Below are positions 58,384 through 64,000 of a stretch of DNA of 64,000 nucleotides, in pieces. The position numbers and the translations under genes were made by a program. The notes under the pieces are model-generated. The model was not told the DNA's origin. It was given only the letters and a program-made list of their open reading frames with translations, and did not search any database. This DNA is from Leptospiraceae bacterium (GTDB taxonomy: Bacteria; Spirochaetota; Leptospiria; Leptospirales; Leptospiraceae), in assembly GCA_027485405.1 (NCBI GenBank), contig JAIXRB010000082.1:13657-77656 (forward strand). The letters are read 5' to 3'. Every line of letters starts with the position of its first letter. Position 1 is the stretch's first letter.

Positions 58384-60033
58384 CTAATTTTTGATAAGAC
58401 TTGGTAAGTAGCCCTCCGGAGACTCAAAGCCTAAAATATCAAAAACGGTACTTGCCACATTGCCCAGGCCTGCTTTGGGGTTTTCTATAAATTGGATTTT
58501 ATTTTTAGGATCAACCACAACCAATTGAACCGGATTCAGTGTATGACTTGTTTTAGGAACAAGTTTTCCATTGGAATCAATTTGCACATTGCCTTTCTTG
58601 TCCAATTGAAACATTTCATCCGCATTGCCATGGTCAGCTGTTATCAATAGGACTGTGTCTGTGTCTTCGCAAACCTTTAACACTTTTGCAAGACATTCAT
58701 CTAAGAATTCTAAACTTTGAACCGTAGCATCTAAGTTACCAGTGTGACCAACCATGTCTCCATTTGCGTAGTTCACGCGAAGGAAAGAATAGGCTTTTGA
58801 ATTTAGCGCTTGAATGAGAGCTTCGGTTATCTCTCCAGCTTTCATTTCAGGTTTTTGATCAAAAGGGATTACATCGGATCTAATTTCCTGGTAGGTTTCC
58901 ACTGTCTCATCAAAGTAACCGGACCTGTTTCCGTTCCAGAAAAATGTAACGTGACCAAATTTCTGTGTTTCTGAAAGAGCATATTGCTTTAATTTAGCAT
59001 GAGCTAAGTATTCACCCATCGTACGATCTATGGTTGGAGGAGGTACCAAATACTGTTTAGGAATATGAAGGTCTCCATCGTACTGCATCATACCCGCAAA
59101 TTCTATTTTTGGAAATCGAACTCGATCAAAGAAAGAAAAATTCTCTTCGGTAAAAGCTCTAGAAATTTCGATGGCTCGATCTCCTCTAAAGTTAAAGAAT
59201 ACCACTGAATCTTTGTCCTGAACTGGTCCAACGGGAATGCCATCTTTAACTATCACAAAGCCGGGTAAGTATTGATCTATAACTTTTGGGTCTTCGGTGT
59301 AAAGTGTCTGTAAAGCGTCTTTCGCAGTTTTAAACTCTCTTCCTATTCCAAGGACATGATGTTTCCAGCCTTCCTGGACGATATTCCAATCAGCTTCGTA
59401 TCTATCCATTGTCAGCGTCATGCGACCTCCGCCCGAAGCGATACAAATGTCCAAATCTTTGTTATCTTTCCGTTTTCCTGACAAATACTCCTCAAAGGTG
59501 ATCAAATAGTCCATAGCCGATTTTTCTGGAACATCTCTACCATCTAACAAAATATGTATTCTAATTTTATGAACCGAAGATTGAATAGCATTTTCAATCA
59601 GAGCCTTTAGATGGTCAATATGGCTATGTACATTTCCATCTGAAAACAATCCTAAAAAATGAAGTGTAGATTTTTGTTCAATAGCATTGTTTGTAATTTT
59701 TTTCCAAACATTTCCAGCAAACAGCGAACCTGAAGCGATTGATTCGCTCACTAACTTAGCACCTTGGTCAAACACTCGTCCTGCGCCTAAAGCATTGTGA
59801 CCTACTTCTGAGTTACCCATATCATCATCTGAGGGCATTCCCACTGCTTTTCCATGAGCTTGCAATAGAACCGTAGGTTTTTGAGACCAAAGTCCTTTTA
59901 ATGTGGGTATTTTGGCTTTGTCTACAGCATTGCCTTTTTCTGCACCGGCTTTAGTATAGCCCACGCCATCTAGAATAACGAGCAGGACTCTGGACGCTAA
60001 AGGATCATTTGTTTTTTTTTTCAGATTGAGCAT
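58384..60033 (-). CDS. gpmI: 2,3-bisphosphoglycerate-independent phosphoglycerate mutase
   Basis: [34 protein letters not shown] and ITADHGNA motifs. 549 aa. Confidence 0.93.
   Translation of the reverse strand: MLNLKKKTNDPLASRVLLVILDGVGYTKAGAEKGNAVDKAKIPTLKGLWSQKPTVLLQAHGKAVGMPSDDDMGNSEVGHNALGAGRVFDQGAKLVSESIASGSLFAGNVWKKITNNAIEQKSTLHFLGLFSDGNVHSHIDHLKALIENAIQSSVHKIRIHILLDGRDVPEKSAMDYLITFEEYLSGKRKDNKDLDICIASGGGRMTLTMDRYEADWNIVQEGWKHHVLGIGREFKTAKDALQTLYTEDPKVIDQYLPGFVIVKDGIPVGPVQDKDSVVFFNFRGDRAIEISRAFTEENFSFFDRVRFPKIEFAGMMQYDGDLHIPKQYLVPPPTIDRTMGEYLAHAKLKQYALSETQKFGHVTFFWNGNRSGYFDETVETYQEIRSDVIPFDQKPEMKAGEITEALIQALNSKAYSFLRVNYANGDMVGHTGNLDATVQSLEFLDECLAKVLKVCEDTDTVLLITADHGNADEMFQLDKKGNVQIDSNGKLVPKTSHTLNPVQLVVVDPKNKIQFIENPKAGLGNVASTVFDILGFESPEGYLPSLIKN
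60012..60021 (-). repeat. A10 homopolymer in codons 5-8 of gpmI
   Basis: Counted directly as T10 on the plus strand. It encodes KKK plus the first base of Thr. Confidence 0.9.
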
Positions 60034-60036
60034 AGT

Positions 60037-62634
60037 TTATTTTTTCCCATATAATATTCGTTTTACTTCTCTTGCGACTTCGTACATATCAATTGGCTTT
60101 ACAAAAACCTGATCTACACCATTCGGTAACTTAGATTCATTTAAAATGCTACTGTAGCCCGTGCAAACAATCGCAGGCAGATCAGGAGACATTCTTTTAA
60201 TCTTTTCAACTAATTCCGTTCCATCCATGCCCTGCATCTTCTGATCAGTAACTAAAATGTCTACTTGTGTCGGATTTCGTCTATAAAATTCTAGTGCTGA
60301 CTCCCCTGAGTTGAATTCCAATACTTGAAATCCCATCATTGTAAAAGCATCTTTAAGGGAGGTCAGGATCAATTCATCATCGTCTACAAGCAATATCCTC
60401 GCCGTCTGAGACTGGTCAGAGTCTTGTTCCTTTGTTGAAGTACTTATCTCTTCTTGCTTTAAAAAAGTTTTATCAGCTACCTCAATAGCAACTGGCAGAA
60501 AAAAGGTAAACGTCGATCCAATGCCTACTTCGCTAGTCATTTCGATTCCACCTTTTAAGCGTTTCAGAATCCCATGTACAATCGCCAGCCCAAGCCCAGT
60601 TCCACCGATATTCTCTTTTTCAGTAAAGAATGCTTCAAAAATTGTTTGATGCTTGCTTGCTGGAATTCCTTTCCCGTTATCCTCTATTAATACGGAATAA
60701 TAATCCCCAGGAGAGAGCTTTAAACTAAGACTTGTTTTTTCTGTTTCCAGTTTTTCCCTTGAAATTGTGATTTTTATCATTGGTTCTTCTACTTCAGAGA
60801 CTGCATGCATAGCATTCTGGAGTAAGTTGAAAGCAATCTGGAAAACTCCTGAAGCATAACTCAAAACATAACAAGGCGATTCGGTTAGACTTCGAATTAT
60901 CTGCACCTGTATATCTTCTTGTCCTTTTATACTTCTTATGGCTTCCTCAATTTCATGTCGTATATCAATCGGATCAAAAGAGTCTTCTTTGGTCTTTGAA
61001 AAATTGATTACTTGTTGAACTATGTTTTTTCCTTTTTCTGAAGATAGCCTAATTCTCGATAAATAGTTTTTTACTTTTTGTATGGACTCATCAGACGCGT
61101 TATTCAGTAAGGATTCCGAGAGAGTTGTGTAAGTATTAATCGGTTGCAAGATATTATTAAAATCATGGGCGATGCCCGCTGCGAGATTTCCGATACTTTC
61201 CCATTGCCGAGAAACAATTAATTCCTTTTCTAAAGCTTTCTTTTTTTCTAATTCTTCCCTATACTCTTGGTTTATTCGAATAAGCTCTTTTGCTCTTTCA
61301 ATTATTCTTATTTCTAAATTTGCTTTTTCGGCTTCCAATTCGCTAGTTTTTTTTCGCTCTTGCGAAATATTTTTAAGCAAACAAAGCCCGAGAGCCACAT
61401 CTTTATCATCATTGAATATCGGTAAAGCAGTTGCCAATACAGGAACACCGAAAAGTGAAAATTCTTTTTCTACAGTATGTCCCAGTAGAGCATCTTCAAA
61501 AACAGCGTCTAAAGCAGATCCAATCTCATTTGAGAACATTTCGTTCGGTTTATTGCCAACCCAAGAATTTATTGGATATCCTAAGCCAATCGATAGGGTT
61601 CCACCCGAAGATACAATTCTCTTTTCTATATCGAAAACATGAACATCTTGGTTTGGCAAATTATCTACTATTGTAGCCAAAATCAATTGATTTTGTCGCG
61701 AAGACTCAACTTCTTTGGTTATATCTGTGAAAGTAAGCGAAACTCCATGTAAGAATTTCACAATATTAACTTTGAAATTAGAAAATCTCTTTGGCAAAGG
61801 AAAGCGAACGTCCTTTGTTTTGTTTTCTCCTGTCATTGCGACTAAATATATATCTTCTATCAATGAATCCATATATCTAAAGTTTCCATTAAAGAGTTCC
61901 TCAGGAGTAACACCTTTAACCAAAGAATTAAATGAAAAAATTAAATTCGCTTTTGGATTTGATTCCCATAGCTTTAAGATCGGCTGGCCCATAGTTTGAA
62001 AGCCCTTGATTTCAAAAATGATAACAGGTAATTGCGAAGACTCTAATAGAGATCGAAGCAAAGATTCTCGATCTCTGATAACCGAATGTGCATTTTTCTT
62101 CTCTGTGATATCAATGATGGCGGAGCGAATAAAACTTTGATCATTTTCATGAAAGATCACACTTTCAATCTGAAAAAAAGTCTCTAGGCTATTGGCATTA
62201 TAAGCTTTAACTTCACAAGTCTGTTTCTTACCGGTTTCTATAACGGAATTCAAATGACTAAAATATGTATCATGGCTACTTCCAGCAATGTAGGCGGAAA
62301 AAGGTTTATTTCTTAAGAATGATCTTCCTTTACCGAGGTAATTGCAAGCAGTTAAGTTTATATCATAAATCAATCCTCTCGAATCCGTAGTTAAAATTCC
62401 GATAGGCGAAAAATCATACAAATCCTGGTATTTGCTTAAGCTGAGTTTAATTTCCTTTTGAGATAACTGTAACTCCTCATTTTGCAATTGTAACTCTATC
62501 TGGTAAACATCTAATTCGTGTATAATTTTCTCTAAGTCAGCTTGTTGAATAAGTCTGTTTTCTGCAGGCTGACTAGATAAAAGTTGCTCTGCTCGGGTTC
62601 TTAGCTCATCTATTTTTGTGATGAATTTTTGCAT
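60037..62634 (-). CDS. hybrid sensor histidine kinase (coiled coil, multiple PAS-like regions, HisKA, HATPase_c, C-terminal receiver)
   Basis: H-box AAGIAHDFNNILQPI. N and G boxes LLQNAMHAV, DNGKGIP and GGTGLGLAIVHG. Receiver ILLVDDDE...ILVTDQKMQGMDG...FVKPI. Confidence 0.88.
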   Translation of the reverse strand: MQKFITKIDELRTRAEQLLSSQPAENRLIQQADLEKIIHELDVYQIELQLQNEELQLSQKEIKLSLSKYQDLYDFSPIGILTTDSRGLIYDINLTACNYLGKGRSFLRNKPFSAYIAGSSHDTYFSHLNSVIETGKKQTCEVKAYNANSLETFFQIESVIFHENDQSFIRSAIIDITEKKNAHSVIRDRESLLRSLLESSQLPVIIFEIKGFQTMGQPILKLWESNPKANLIFSFNSLVKGVTPEELFNGNFRYMDSLIEDIYLVAMTGENKTKDVRFPLPKRFSNFKVNIVKFLHGVSLTFTDITKEVESSRQNQLILATIVDNLPNQDVHVFDIEKRIVSSGGTLSIGLGYPINSWVGNKPNEMFSNEIGSALDAVFEDALLGHTVEKEFSLFGVPVLATALPIFNDDKDVALGLCLLKNISQERKKTSELEAEKANLEIRIIERAKELIRINQEYREELEKKKALEKELIVSRQWESIGNLAAGIAHDFNNILQPINTYTTLSESLLNNASDESIQKVKNYLSRIRLSSEKGKNIVQQVINFSKTKEDSFDPIDIRHEIEEAIRSIKGQEDIQVQIIRSLTESPCYVLSYASGVFQIAFNLLQNAMHAVSEVEEPMIKITISREKLETEKTSLSLKLSPGDYYSVLIEDNGKGIPASKHQTIFEAFFTEKENIGGTGLGLAIVHGILKRLKGGIEMTSEVGIGSTFTFFLPVAIEVADKTFLKQEEISTSTKEQDSDQSQTARILLVDDDELILTSLKDAFTMMGFQVLEFNSGESALEFYRRNPTQVDILVTDQKMQGMDGTELVEKIKRMSPDLPAIVCTGYSSILNESKLPNGVDQVFVKPIDMYEVAREVKRILYGKK

Positions 62635-62638
62635 TTGC

Positions 62639-64000
62639 CTAGAGTTTTTTCATGATAGTGACAATTTTTTCAGGTTTTCCCATTTTATCGAATAAAACAT
62701 CTTTTATCAAATATACGTTGATCAAATTTCCCCATTTACTTTTAGCTTGCGAATGACCTGTTATGTGTTCGTTTTTAATTATATTTTCTTTATTTGCCTT
62801 TCTTTCTTCCTCATTTAAAAAAGGTTTCAATAAAGCAAAAAAATCTCTTTGGAGAACTTCTTCTTCCGAATAACCAAAAATTAGCTGGGCAGATCGATTC
62901 CAGGAAATGATTTTGAAATTAATATCGCAGGCAATCACAGCATCGGGAACATTATCCAAAATCTCTGCTCTAGTTGAAAGAGAAGCCAAAATATCTTCTT
63001 CCTTTTTCTTTGCTACTTCTTCCGCCTTCTTTAGTTCGGTTATGTCGACAAAAGTAATAACGACACCCTGGATATGATTTTCTAATGTTCGGTATGGCAA
63101 AAACTTTATCAAATAAGACTTATGATCTTCAGTAATTGTCCTAACATTTCTTTCTATCGGGATTAAAGTATCTAAAACTTCTTCTGCATACTTTTGGAGC
63201 AAAACATCTGTGGGGAACCGATGGGAAATATGACTAATTGGCCTTCCCTTATCTGCTGCCATTAAATTGATTATCTTTTGACAAGCTGGTGTAAATTTCC
63301 GAATTCTCATGTCCCGATCTAGGAAAATCGTACCGATTTCTGTACTTGATAAAAGATTGTTCATATCGTTGTACAATTCGGAAAGTTCGTTTATCTTTGA
63401 TTGGTGTTCCGAATTTAAAGTGATCAGTTCCTCGTTCACAGATTGAAGTTCTTCATTAGTTGATTGAAGCTCCTCATTGGCGGCTAATAATTCTTCGTTT
63501 GTTGCTTGGAGTTCTTCATTTGAAGTTTCCAATTGCTCAATGCTGGATTGCAAATTTTCACGAGTAAATTCTAGTTCTTGTTCGAGTTCAACTAGTTTCC
63601 TGTCTCTGTTTTCATCATGCTTATACTCGATTACTTCAGACGACATTGGTTTAGGACCTGAATGGCTATCAAAAATAATAATGCAATAGTTAGATTGAGT
63701 TTTTTGAAACGTTATAGGTCGTAAAATTAAATCAATATTCTTTGGTGGGGTAGATTCATCTAAAGTTAAATTGCTGTATCGAATTTCTAAGTTCTCTTCA
63801 AAGCACTTTCTAAGTGCAGAACTTAAAGCAATTTTGATTTGGTTTTCAACCAATTGTAAAATATCGAATTTTATCTTACCTGGTTTTATTTTTAAGTATT
63901 CATTCACATCTCCAATAACATGAACAACTTGTAATGCAGGATTCACTACCACGCAAGGCGGTAAATATTCCTCTAAAATTCTTGAAAACAGTTTTTCTAA
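62639..64000 (-). CDS. PAS-domain signalling protein, 5'-truncated by the window edge (the type found fused after CheR/CheB modules)
   Basis: The frame is open to position 64000 (…LEKLFSRILEEYLPPCVVVNP). It contains the heptad coil SNEELQATNEELLAANEELQSTNEELQSVNEEL, then two PAS-like regions (GTIFLDRDMRIRKFTP; DAVIACDINFKIISWNRSAQLIFGY). Confidence 0.75.
   Translation of the reverse strand, partial: LEKLFSRILEEYLPPCVVVNPALQVVHVIGDVNEYLKIKPGKIKFDILQLVENQIKIALSSALRKCFEENLEIRYSNLTLDESTPPKNIDLILRPITFQKTQSNYCIIIFDSHSGPKPMSSEVIEYKHDENRDRKLVELEQELEFTRENLQSSIEQLETSNEELQATNEELLAANEELQSTNEELQSVNEELITLNSEHQSKINELSELYNDMNNLLSSTEIGTIFLDRDMRIRKFTPACQKIINLMAADKGRPISHISHRFPTDVLLQKYAEEVLDTLIPIERNVRTITEDHKSYLIKFLPYRTLENHIQGVVITFVDITELKKAEEVAKKKEEDILASLSTRAEILDNVPDAVIACDINFKIISWNRSAQLIFGYSEEEVLQRDFFALLKPFLNEEERKANKENIIKNEHITGHSQAKSKWGNLINVYLIKDVLFDKMGKPEKIVTIMKKL

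Noticed and set aside
1-64000. Search for rRNA, tRNA, CRISPR arrays, IS elements or transposases, integrases and phage genes.
   Set aside because: No intergenic gap exceeds about 260 nt. I saw no direct-repeat arrays, terminal inverted repeats, DDE or tyrosine-recombinase motifs, or tRNA-like cloverleaf regions. This was done by eye only, so a covariance-model scan would be needed for certainty.

Overview
AT-rich, very tightly packed chromosomal window with about 60 protein genes, many with overlapping start and stop codons. I found no rRNA, tRNA, CRISPR array, IS element or prophage. The gene content points to a Leptospira-like spirochaete: several SpoIIE/PP2C (RsbU-type) sensor phosphatases plus a STAS protein, an MBOAT gene paired with a DUF1574-like gene, many lipoproteins with loose lipoboxes, and hfq downstream of miaA. 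This organism assignment is inference, not a database result. Most of the window is core housekeeping (argJ, hisS, folP, nadB, pdxJ, miaA, hfq, gpmI, dcd, an S41 Ctp protease, a UDP-glucuronate decarboxylase) interleaved with signalling genes: two two-component modules, three membrane PP2C phosphatases, STAS, CheW, and a PAS/CheR-associated protein cut by the right edge. I do not see a clear-cut new defence or mobile system. The best candidates for under-described biology are listed here.
- A poly-gamma-glutamate locus (pgsB-pgsC) that lacks pgsA/capA. It carries a different 378-aa membrane partner and an unlisted 56-aa single-helix ORF.
- An MBOAT / SGNH-like / small Cys-rich secreted protein / patatin operon.
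- A catalytically degenerate SpoIIE-like membrane protein, translationally coupled to an active 7TM-PP2C gene and followed 17 nt later by an M50B-like metalloprotease gene.
- A 19-nt poly-T tract inside an orphan pntAA gene.
- An FYDLN zinc-ribbon protein with a long histone-H1-like basic arm.
- An unlisted 29-aa Lys/Arg-rich bS22-like ORF.
- A cheW and phoU-like gene pair with a 1-nt overlap.
The only obviously accessory element is a vapBC toxin-antitoxin pair. All calls come from motif recognition by eye. No searches were run.
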